From Tubiluchus corallicola (taxonomy: Eukaryota; Animalia; Priapulida), in NCBI GenBank assembly GCA_030141605.1, contig JAQGDQ010001979.1, positions 1 to 18,860 on the forward strand: a stretch of DNA of 18,860 bases. Direction: 5' to 3'. The position numbers and the translations under genes were made by a program. Of the stretch, positions 9,204-18,860 are shown in pieces. Position 1 is the stretch's first letter. Every line of letters begins with the position of its first letter. The notes beneath the pieces were generated by a model, which did no database searches, was not told the origin of the DNA, and saw only the letters and a list, made by a program, of their open reading frames with translations.

Positions 9204-9609
9204 CAGGGGTGTGTAAACTGCAGCCCGCCGAAAGATCTTGTGTGGCCCGCGAAGAGGTTTGTCAACGTAATGAAAGTGCGGCCCACGCGATCCAGCTAAG
9301 TCCGCGCCAATATCACAAAGATAGTGCGGATAGTTTTTTCCTCAAGATCGGATGGCATTAACCCTTACAAGACCATTGTCACTTAGTGTCACTGTCGGAC
9401 ATGACGAAATATATGGTTTTTAATATATATTTTAATAACTTCTAAAATAGTTTCTTGAGTGTAGTAGTAATGATGTACGCAGGTCGTATGCAAAAAAATC
9501 GTTATTAGGCCTTTCTGTACCTGGCTCCTTGATCAAACTGCCTGTGGCCCGCAGGAGTTGCGGGAAAGTTTAATGTGGCCCGACTAGTCAGATAATTTGC
9601 ACACCCCTG
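9204..9609. mobile_element. hAT MITE family A, copy 2 (shorter, more diverged variant)
   Basis: CAGGGGTGTGTA...TGCACACCCCTG; TSD gattaggc/gtttaggc; lacks the internal segment seen at about 3608-3680 of copy 1. Confidence 0.9.
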
Positions 9610-10658
9610 GTTTAGGCTGTGAATTTCTTATTAAGGGTTTTTCGTATTATAAAAAACGGAAACGTTGGGAGAGTTGGCGAAGGTTGCCGAAAATTCCGCC
9701 ATGGAGAACATGACAGAGCTCGAAATGAATCTTTATTAAATTTTAAACAGAAATAGAAATTTATTATGAACGTGTCGTAGCGTACTGTGGGCATTGAAAG
9801 CCTTTAGCAATGACACGGACGCCATGTAAAATCCCAAAAGTTTGTATCAAGTCTCGGTACATGCACATATGCTTTTTAATAAAGATATTTTCGAAATTAA
9901 CTCGAGTGCTTGCTTTTCTATTTATTAACCCTGCTGTACGTACATTAAATAATTTACGTGCACAAGTTGATCACTTCCCATTTGATCATTTATTTAGTGG
10001 TAACAATCATTTATGCTAGTGCAAGGCAGGTAGTCTAGAATTAGTAAAAGAAACTTGGTAACAATTAGACAACCTAATTAACTCAGTAACTTAGGCAGAC
10101 TAAGTGTTGAAAAAAACACAACCAAACCCGAATTCTATAGACGTACAACACTAAATAAATTTGTAATTGCGCAAGTCCCAGCACACAAGATAACCTTATC
10201 ACCACGACGGCATTCGATTCTTAAACGATTCTAACTACAAGTCGGAAATATTATTTCTAAATCCATTTAAGCTCTAGAGCCAAAAATTTTCCATTTTTTA
10301 CAAAACTGCTTAACATCACGCGGTTTCAGCAACATGGGCAATCTTTCCATGGCAGAGTAGTTGTCAAGCAGGTTGTAACAGCAAAGGGCACACGAAGGCC
10401 TCTTCCAAAGGGCATTGCCGCACGCGCGTGCACGCACACACACACAGACCTGGACGCTGGTTGTAATAATAGCATTCATTCTTGGTAGGTTTGATCGGTA
10501 AAAACTTATTTGTCCAAATTCTTAGACTAAATATCGTACTGTGACAATAATGTGTGGCTTAATAATACGCACTAATAAAGCAAGCAGCTTCCGCATTAAT
10601 GTTAGTGCACTTCAATAGTGATCTAAATTTAACTGGACCACGACCATGGTGCCCTAAT

Positions 10659-11029
10659 TAGGACTGAGCATCAAGCGTTCGAGTTCGAACGTAATTCGAT
10701 TCAAATGAGTTTTTTAGTTAGAATTCGATTCGAGCCTGAAATTATAGATTTGAATAATTCAGCAGTTCAGCCACATTATATTCTTTATAATTAATAACGT
10801 TTGGAAAAGCATGCAATCAGCACAATTTACTGTAGTTTCTGCGCAAAATTTTTACTGCAGAACAAAATCAAGTAATATGCATAATCTTTGTAAGACCAGT
10901 GGTTCAAAAACTTCTTCGAAAATCTTTCAGACTCAATTCGAATTCGAAATACTGAAATTCGGTTCAATTCGAATGTCACAAATTCGATTCGACTCGAATT
11001 GGCTTTCTGGTAGAGAATGCTCACCCCTA
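10659..11029. mobile_element. hAT MITE family B, copy 2 (diverged)
   Basis: TAGGACTGAGCA...TGCTCACCCCTA; TSD gccctaat/gccctaaa; homologous to 7724-8119. Confidence 0.88.
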
Positions 11030-12189
11030 GCCCTAAAACCAATTTAATTTGGTGATTTCTTTTGTGACATGCTCCATGTAATTTTTTTTACTTTTAAAAT
11101 GACCGAGACATTTTTATTATACTGTACTGAACACCCCTTTCACGCAAAATTTAAGTTTCAGTTAAAGCCTAGTTATGCACCTGGCCTGTATAATAGCGGT
11201 CGTCTCTGCTCTTTCACTGGTCCAGTTAGATAAATCTACGACGGTGTAAATTCTATTTCATCATTATATTTGTAGCTACTTCATATAATTTGCTAATAAA
11301 GGTATCATTTTTCTTACACATCATTCTGTTGTTTTGTTGATGGATGTCAGAAGAGTTATACTCTGCTTGGCCTCCGCATCAGCTGGTACAGAACCAACCT
11401 GGGTAGGTTTAACCACACGTGGGCGACGTACCACCAGCACTTCAATACTATTAACCATTCAAGCATCTTCTTTTGGTATGATTTTATAAATGGATGCTTA
11501 TGAATTACAATGGTAATAACAAAGATCATTATTAGTTCTCTTGACAAGAACAGTAGGATCACTGATTATTGTTCAAATACTTCTCTTCCTGCAGTCACAT
11601 AAATGCCAAGTACCAAAGACTAGCAATGTTGAAAATTCTACTCTAAAATGGCAGTGCTGATGTACCAGTCACGTATTTCTTTTACCAGATGATTAGAATT
11701 CAAATGTGGAAGAAGCTGGATAGTTTTTCCTCCCAATAGATCAACTGAGAAGCCTCATTTAACTACTATAACACACCTGAGTGTAGGTATATTTACTTAC
11801 AGTAAGAATATTTTGCAAACATTATTATTATTAATTTTTATTGTGTCATAAATTGATTTAATTTCAACAATTCTTTTACGTTTTTCAAAGCATGCAAGTT
11901 TCTCACTCAACTCAATTACTAATTTATAAAAAAAATCAAACGCAGTCATCAATAAACCAATAAATTTAAAACAATTATGAATAATTACCCATTTATTTTA
12001 CTATTTACACACAAATATCATGTTGACTATCATAATATCTACAAGATCTACTGATGATGATAACAATTAACTTTCTACGGTCTCACTGAAAACTATATAA
12101 ACTTTCCATCAAGGCATAATGAATGAAAATACATTTGACTCATTGCAATAAAAAAAATAACTTTAAAAGTCAACCACAGTTTCCAATTA

Positions 12190-12608
12190 CAGTCAACCCT
12201 CGTTAAACCGGGCTAATTGGGGGTGGGTCCGGTTTAGCCGATTGTCTGATTTTTCCGATATGCCTATATATGGTCTATATTATACAGGAATAATCACCTT
12301 AATATGGCCTATATACATGGCACTATATACTATACTGTATATTACTTTAAAATAGTTAACCTGTGAGGATAAAGAAATTAGCGAGTGCTTTCGATGTGGT
12401 AAGCAAACTGAATTTTGGCGGGAATCGTAGCAGCCTGGGCGGTACAGCGAGCCGCTTCGGCCCGTCAATGGCTCGTGTTGAGTTGGTAGGCCCTGTTGTG
12501 TTTAGCGCTCCGGCTCGGTCGGAAAGCGGTCAGTTTCCTTTACCACGGATGACGTCCGTCTTATCCGATATCCCGGCTAACGGGGTTCGGTTTAACGAGG
12601 GTTGACTG
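12190..12608. mobile_element. Tc1/mariner (pogo/Tigger-like) MITE
   Basis: Perfect 21-bp TIR CAGTCAACCCTCGTTAAACCG / CGGTTTAACGAGGGTTGACTG, flanked by TA on both sides. Confidence 0.92.
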
Positions 12609-13013
12609 TATTCACTAAGAACAACGAACCAAAATCTCCTATAACAACATCACCTCATTACTTTATCACACAACGCGTCATATCTGAAAAAGGCAGCAGC
12701 ATGATAATACAGTTCAATGTTGTTTTCATAGCAATTAACTGGTTTTAACAGACAGACAAATCTAGCAAACAGACAGCTAGTAATGAGAAGTCTGTATTTT
12801 CATAGTCGAATTCGTAAATTATGCTTTAATGACACAACTTGCAGACAGCAATATACCCATGAATCAGCCTAGAACAAACCTAACAATAGTGGAAGTTTTT
12901 AGATTTTAGTTTTACAAACTTAGATACTTTTACAAAACTTGATCTGCATGTAATGTAGTGCTGGCATTGATATTTCAGTAAAGATAAGAAGCACCCAAGA
13001 TCACAATTCCACG

Positions 13014-13108
13014 CAACAAACAATGGTATTTTCAACAAACAATGGTATTTCCAACAAACAATGGTATTTCCAACAAACAATGGTATTTTCAACAAACAAT
13101 GGCATTTT
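13014..13108. repeat. 19-bp tandem repeat x5 (caacaaacaatggtatttY)
   Basis: Five adjacent near-identical units. Confidence 0.95.
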
Positions 13109-13520
13109 CATTATCTATTTCATGACAATTGCAATAATTGTCAACAACCATTAACAAAAACCTTATTCAACAACACTTGTCGCTAATATGACAGTGCTGC
13201 CACCAATGTACAAAAAAATAAAGCGCTGCAGAGATACGCATTTTAACGATTGGACACAAGTAGCGAAGCATTTCGAAAATTATTTTACTGAAATAAGAAA
13301 TAAATAGTTGCTGAACGATCTATAAAAAAATCAACTTAGAATATTTTGGGTAACAGAAAAATAATTACTTTCGTTGGAAGATATAATATTCTGTCCAGAA
13401 AGAGGAGCAACAAATTTTCCAGCTTCACTCATAATAAAACCAGAGCAATGGCAATCTTGCTGTTAACTGTGATAATTGAAAAGCTGTTAAACACTGATGT
13501 CAATATGTGAACAGCTATAT

Positions 13521-14020
13521 CAGGGGTGTGCAAATTATCTGGTTAGCAGGGCCACATTAAACTTTCCCGCAATTCCTGCGGGCCACAGGCAGTTTGATCA
13601 AGGAGCCAAGTACAGAAAGGCCTAATAAGGATTTTTTTGCATCCGACCTGCGTACATCATTACTACTACACTCAAGAAACTATTTTAGAAGTTATTAAAA
13701 TTTATATTACAAACCATATATTTCTACTTTCAGGACAGATAGTGGTAATTTCATTACAATGCATATTAGTAATGTGTATCACACAGTCTGTGTAGTACAG
13801 TGACATTAATCTACAACCGTCTTGTAAGGGTTAATGGCATCCGATCTAGTAGAAAAAACTACCCGCACTATCTTTGGGATCGTGGCACGGACTTCAGCTG
13901 GATACACTTAATTAATCGCCCGGGCCGCACTTTCATTAGGTTGACAAATCTCTTCGCGGGCTGCACAAATTCTCTCGGTGGGCCGCAAGTGGCCCACGGG
14001 CCGCAATTTGCATACCCCTG
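13521..14020. mobile_element. hAT MITE family A, copy 3 (inverted relative to copies 1-2)
   Basis: CAGGGGTGTGCA...TGCATACCCCTG; TSD agctatat/aactacat (2 mismatches); near reverse complement of 3424-3883. Confidence 0.92.
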
Positions 14021-14210
14021 AACTACATTCACAACAGTATACACCAGAATCAGAATTTGACATTCCCACAGAACAGCCAACCTAAAGCATGCAGCCAGTA
14101 ACAAGTCCATTATAGGCATACCAGCAACACATCACATAACTAAATAGTTAGTAATCAGTCAACTAACGAAGTCAAATGATACAATTAAAATATTTAACAC
14201 TACCTATTAC

Positions 14211-14604
14211 TAGGGGTGAGCATTCTCTACCAGAAAGCGGATTCGAATCGAACCGAATTTGTGACTTTCGAATTCGAATCGAACCGAACTTCAGTGTTTC
14301 GAATTCGAATTGAGATTGCAAGATTTTCGAACAAGTTTTTGAACCACCAGTAAAAATTAATCTTACAAAGATCGTGCATCTCACTAGATTTTGTTCTGCA
14401 ATAAAACGAATACTAATTTCTTTAAAATTGTGCGCAGAAATCACAGCTAAATTATGCTAATTGCATGATGTTTCGATCGTTTTAGTGATCAGGAACATGT
14501 GATTGAAGTGCTGAATTATTCGAATCTATAGTTTTGGATTCGAATCGAGTTCGAACTAAAAAAACTCGTTCGAATCGAATTCGAGCGTTTCATGCTCACC
14601 CCTA
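14211..14604. mobile_element. hAT MITE family B, copy 3 (inverted relative to copies 1-2)
   Basis: TAGGGGTGAGCAT...ATGCTCACCCCTA; perfect TSD cctattac; near reverse complement of 7724-8119. Confidence 0.94.
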
Positions 14605-15025
14605 CCTATTACACTCGCCTCTGTGTGAAAGTTCTGATAAATTTAATTGCCTACTCTAAAGACCACAGTTACAACAGAGTGAAGGTATAGAGTTAGTAAT
14701 CACAATAATAATATTTATGCTACACTAACACTACATCATTATCTAACGATCAAAATAGTAACAGATAGCTTATTCACACTAAAATGGTTCACTCCAGCTG
14801 ATTTTCACTTAAACTGGTGCTGAAGTTTGGCAGTGCATTTCACGAGAATGCTGTGGATCTAATAAGAAATGAGAAGACGAGTCAAGGGTAGACATCTATG
14901 GATATAGCTTGATAAACAAGCCAAGGAGGAACTATCCAGGTATTAATGGTCCAATAACTATCTGGCTAAACAGAGTTTGCTAATAAAACATGTCAGCATA
15001 AACAAACTAAACTGACCGTCTAAGT

Positions 15026-15543
15026 CAGGGGTGTGCAAATTATCTGACTAGCCGGTCCACATTAAACTTTCCCGCAATTCCTGCAGGCCACAGGCAGTTT
15101 GATCAAGAAGCCAAGTACAGAAAGACCTAATAACGATTTTTTTGCATCCGACCTGCGTACATCATTACTACTACACTCAAGAAGCTATTTTAGAAGTTAT
15201 TAAAATTTATATTACAAACCATATATTTCTACTTTCAGGACAGATAGTGGTTATTTCAATACAATGCATATTAGTAATGTGTATCACACAGTCTGTGTAG
15301 AACAGTGACATTAAACTACAACTGTCTTGTAAGGGTTAATGGTATCCGATCTAGTAGAAAAAACTACCCGCACTATCGTTGGTATCGTGGCACGGACTTC
15401 AGCTGGATACACTCAATTAATCGCCCAGGCCGCACTTTCATTAGCTTGACAAATCTCTTCGCGGGCCGCACTTTCATTAGGTTGACAAATCTCTTCGCGG
15501 GCTGCACATATTCTCTCGGCGGGCCGTAATTTGCACACCCCTG
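15026..15543. mobile_element. hAT MITE family A, copy 4 (inverted; internal 36-bp duplication)
   Basis: CAGGGGTGTGCAAATTA...TAATTTGCACACCCCTG; perfect TSD gtctaagt. Confidence 0.94.
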
Positions 15544-15824
15544 GTCTAAGTTAACCAATCAGGCAAACCACCTTAGTGTTAATAAGCTACAAGTAATAAC
15601 AATAAGCAACTCTTTCTATAATAATAATAGTAATAAAATTACTACAGCTAGTTACAAGGGATTCTGATATCACACATAAACATAACGATGATGCAACTAC
15701 AATTAAAATGTAAGTAACATCTAATTAACTTCTAGTAACGGAGACTTTGAAATCTGTCTATTGTGTGACAAGAGTGAAGGGAGACTTGCTTTCGCGACAA
15801 AATCTCAGGCAAACAATTTATTAA

Positions 15825-16272
15825 CCCTTTCAGTCCCAAATTATTTTTTAATAAAAAAAATTTTTTTGGCTTGGTACTTTATGTCCATCTTGTTTACACA
15901 TAATTATTTTTTTCTACTTGTGCCCGCGTGCTAAATATAGCCTGTATCCCACAGAATACATTGGGATTCAATGGAAGCATAAAATGTGCTTCATTTTGCA
16001 ACTGCTGATAATATTTTAAAGTATTTAAGACATTTAGTATGCATGCTATGCTGATCTGTACAAAGTCGTCTCTAAAGTACTGTACCTTGCACAGGTTTTT
16101 ATGCTATGCAGATTTTCTAGTTTGCCATTTTATCACCATTTTTAGTCTATTGTTATTGACATAAATCAAAATAACTATTAACAGATCAAATAACTGTCAA
16201 TTTTAAAAATTTATTAATTTTAAAGGCAGAAAATATTCTCGTATGCCACGGGATACAACGGGTATGAAAGGG
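15825..16272. mobile_element. piggyBac-like MITE
   Basis: TTAA|CCCTTTCAGTCCC ... GGGTATGAAAGGG|TTAA (11/13 TIR match, TTAA target on both sides). Confidence 0.8.
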
Positions 16273-16956
16273 TTAAACTATGTGCATTCGACGAGGCAGT
16301 TCACAGATTTCAGAATTTCAAGCAAATTGTGCATAAATGACATTACTGAGATAACAACGAATTACACCAGAGTGCAACATTGATAATTGTTTATTAATTT
16401 AGAAATCTACATCCTGATTAATTAAATTATTCCTGTCTTGTCTTTCAGATTAGAACTATTAGCGAAATATCGTCGTAATACATTTGCTCAAAACAATTCT
16501 GGATACTTTTTTTTGCTATAATTCCAAACCAATTTATTGTCTCTATGATAAAGATGCAACATCATAAAGATGCTACTGCATCTAGACTTTGCCACACGAT
16601 TCCCAACATCACTGGTAAGAGAAAGTTAAAAAGATCGCCGCTATTGCTACATTCGATCAGTCTGTTGTGTTGTTTTTTTCTTGACAAACATTTTCTTATG
16701 GTACAAATTATTCAGTTTGGGAGAAACAAAGGCTGGAACGGAAGAACGGTGTCATCAAGTTGATCAGTTGTGGTTCTAAATCTAGTCGGAGTAATTTTCT
16801 CAATCTTGACTCCTTTTAACGAGCATTTTTCCATTATTCAGTGGAAGCTCAAGTGGTGTAGTGTGCACTTTTCTTACAGTTGCATTTTCTTTTTGTAACT
16901 GTACTTCTCAACTTCGTGATCTGTTTGACCATATTTTTAAAGGGTACGATGTGAAA

Positions 16957-17026
16957 ATGTACGGCAACGTAGAGCCTGGTTAGTACTTGGATGGGTGACC
17001 GCCTAGAAATACCAGGTGCTGTAGGC
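16957..17026 (+). pseudogene. 5S rRNA-derived copy 1 with internal deletion
   Basis: atgtacggc is joined directly to aacgtagagcctggttagtacttggatgggtgaccgcc...gtgctgtaggc; 48 nt shorter than copies 2 and 3. Confidence 0.88.
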
Positions 17027-17055
17027 CTGTGGGATGCCCACACTGTGTCTCTAAA

Positions 17056-17173
17056 ATCTACGGCCAGATCACGTTGAAAACACCGGTTCTCGTCTGATCA
17101 TTGAAGTTAAGCAACATAGAGCCAGGATAGTACTTGGATGGGTGACCGCCTAGGAATACCAGGTGCTGTAGGC
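17056..17173 (+). pseudogene. 5S rRNA-derived copy 2 (full length, no oligo-T terminator)
   Basis: atctacggccagatcacgttgaaaacaccggttctcgtctgatc...tagtacttggatgggtgaccgcctaggaataccaggtgctgtaggc matches invertebrate 5S rRNA with scattered substitutions. Confidence 0.9.
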
Positions 17174-17215
17174 CTGCGGGATGCTCACACTGTATCTCGA
17201 CACTACTACGGAAAA

Positions 17216-17333
17216 CCCAATGGCCATATCACATTGAAAACACTGGTTTTCGCCTGATCACCGAAATTAAGCAACGTAGAGCTTGATTAGTACTTGGATG
17301 GGTGACCGCCTAGGAATACCAGGTGCTGTAGGC
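17216..17333 (+). pseudogene. 5S rRNA-derived copy 3 (full length, no oligo-T terminator)
   Basis: Starts 160 bp after copy 2; same 5S motifs and the same 32-nt 3' tail. Confidence 0.9.
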
Positions 17334-18232
17334 CTGCGGGATGCTCACACTGTATCTCGACACTAGGTGGAGGAGCTGCACAAGCAGCCAACGGCTAGAG
17401 GGCGGAGGTTCTACGTACATTTTAAGGTACATTGCAACAATTTTGTGCTTACTTTTATTACTAAAATCGTCATCATAAATAGTACTAAAAAGTCTTTGAT
17501 TATCATTTTTCAAACTTCTACAAGCAACATACAAACTAACTCCCCAAACAGCAAAACATCCGTTAGTCAACATTCTTTGTATATTTGTTAAAAAGTATTA
17601 AATCTATGTTTCAGGTAACACAATTGATTACACGATACAGCACTAAGACAGAAATGTTGCAAAAACATTTAATAACTCATGAGCAATAAAGTAAGGATAG
17701 CAGATTATGAAAAACCAGATTCACTTGCGAAGTACGGAAGATATACCCAACCACAGGACAACAGTGCCGAAGAGTGTACCGGCTCCAAAAGCCGCCCATC
17801 GAACAAGTTTCGGGTGCTTGGGTTTCGTCAGGCACGCCCAGTTGATGAGGTCTACAGAGCCCTCTTCTGTCACGTTTGCATTCTAAAAGTAAAATTTCAA
17901 ATTAATGAAAGCATTGCATTAGCTGTCAGGCCTTGAGAACTCGCTTCATTGATTCTCACGAGATGTTTTTAAGATCACAGATGCATTACAGGTTGTCAAA
18001 ATTAACGGCTTAATGCAAAACTGTAGCTTGCTTGTGGTAGTTTCCAGTGCTTAAAGTTTGCGAGGTCTGTTATTAGGGTTTCGGAACCAGAACCTAAAGT
18101 TATAGGCCCCGTAGCAAAAGCAAAAACAATCCCTCGTCGGGTTGAGCGGTCAGTTTTTTTACAAGTTCATTAGTCTAAGCCTATCTATAGTGTAAACCCA
18201 ACTTTCAATCAGCAAAACTGAACTGTAGACGA

Positions 18233-18860
18233 TAACAATGGGCTCAAGTATTTTAACAATGGGCTCAAGTATTTTAACAATGGGCTCAAGTATTTTAACA
18301 ATGGGCTCAAGTATTTTAACAATGGGCTCAAGTATCTTAACAATGGGCTCAAGTATCTTAACAATGGGCTCAAATATTTTAACAATGGGCTCAAGTATTT
18401 TAAACAATGGGCTCAAGTATTTTAACAATAGGCTCAAGTATTTTAACAATGGGCTTAAGTATTTTAACAATGGCTCAAGTATTTTAACAATGGGCTCAAG
18501 TATTTTAACAATGGGCTCAAGTATTTTAACAATAGGCTCAAGTATTTTAACAATGGGCTTAAGTATTTTAACAATGGCTCAAGTATTTTAACAATGGGCT
18601 CAAGTATTTTAACAATGGGCTCAAGTATTTTAACAATAGGCTCAAGTATTTTAACAATGGGCTTAAGTATTTTAACAATGGCTCAAGTATTTTAACAATG
18701 GGCTCAAGTATTTTAACAATGGGCTCAAGTATTTTAACAATAGGCTCAAGTATTTTAACAATGGGCTTAAGTATTTTAACAATGGCTCAAGTATTTTAAC
18801 AATGGGCTCAAGTATCTTAACAATGGGCTCAAGTATTTTAACAATAGGCTCAAGTATTTT
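18233..18860. repeat. 21-bp minisatellite (aacaatgggctcaagtatttt), runs off the window
   Basis: About 30 units; a 104-bp higher-order period appears from about 18405. Confidence 0.98.

Noticed and set aside
10200-10480. TRMT10C promoter/first exon (CpG-richer patch, palindrome gcacgcgcgtgc at 10420-10431)
   Set aside because: No convincing donor or core-promoter motif; the palindrome merges into a (CA)n run.
13014-13108. Common origin of the 19-bp and 21-bp repeats (shared aacaatgg and gtatttt)
   Set aside because: The shared words are short and AT-rich; chance is sufficient.
16430-16620. Plus-strand exon (tgtctttcAG at 16449, G|GTAAGA at 16614)
   Set aside because: No frame I could assign to a recognisable protein and no partner exons; cannot be supported without transcripts.
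17056-17333. Functional 5S rRNA genes, or a two-LTR Cassandra-like TRIM
   Set aside because: No oligo-T terminator and altered 5' helix I bases; no PBS, PPT or conserved TG start between the units.
18159-18591. Repetitive ORFs (KILEPIV, MGSSILT, LKYLSPL)
   Set aside because: Artefacts of a 21-bp tandem unit; frames shift at the 20/22-bp units.

Overview
AT-rich metazoan (probably invertebrate) nuclear DNA, not prokaryotic. The only supported protein-coding gene is a spliced TRMT10C/MRPP1 homologue (mitochondrial tRNA m1R9 methyltransferase / RNase P subunit) on the minus strand. Two coding exons (7491-7076 and 2900-2247) join in frame; the last coding exon and the 5' exon were not identified. 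The rest is dense repeat DNA: four copies of a Buster/Charlie-like hAT MITE, three copies of a second hAT MITE, a TA-flanked Tc1/mariner-pogo-type MITE, a TTAA-flanked piggyBac-like MITE, a tRNA-headed SINE, an RTE-like tailed retroelement, a probable decayed CR1-group LINE end, three tandem 5S rRNA-derived units without a terminator, and several micro/minisatellites. The most unusual object is a 119-bp TG...CA element (6271-6389) with a 5-bp target-site duplication. It consists of a 61-bp mini-LTR-like unit followed by the reverse copy of the CCA-bearing 3' half of tRNA-Leu(CAG), with a mismatch at tRNA position 58 and an end at position 38, as expected from reverse transcription of a modified mature tRNA. 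All family assignments are by eye and from memory; no searches were run.
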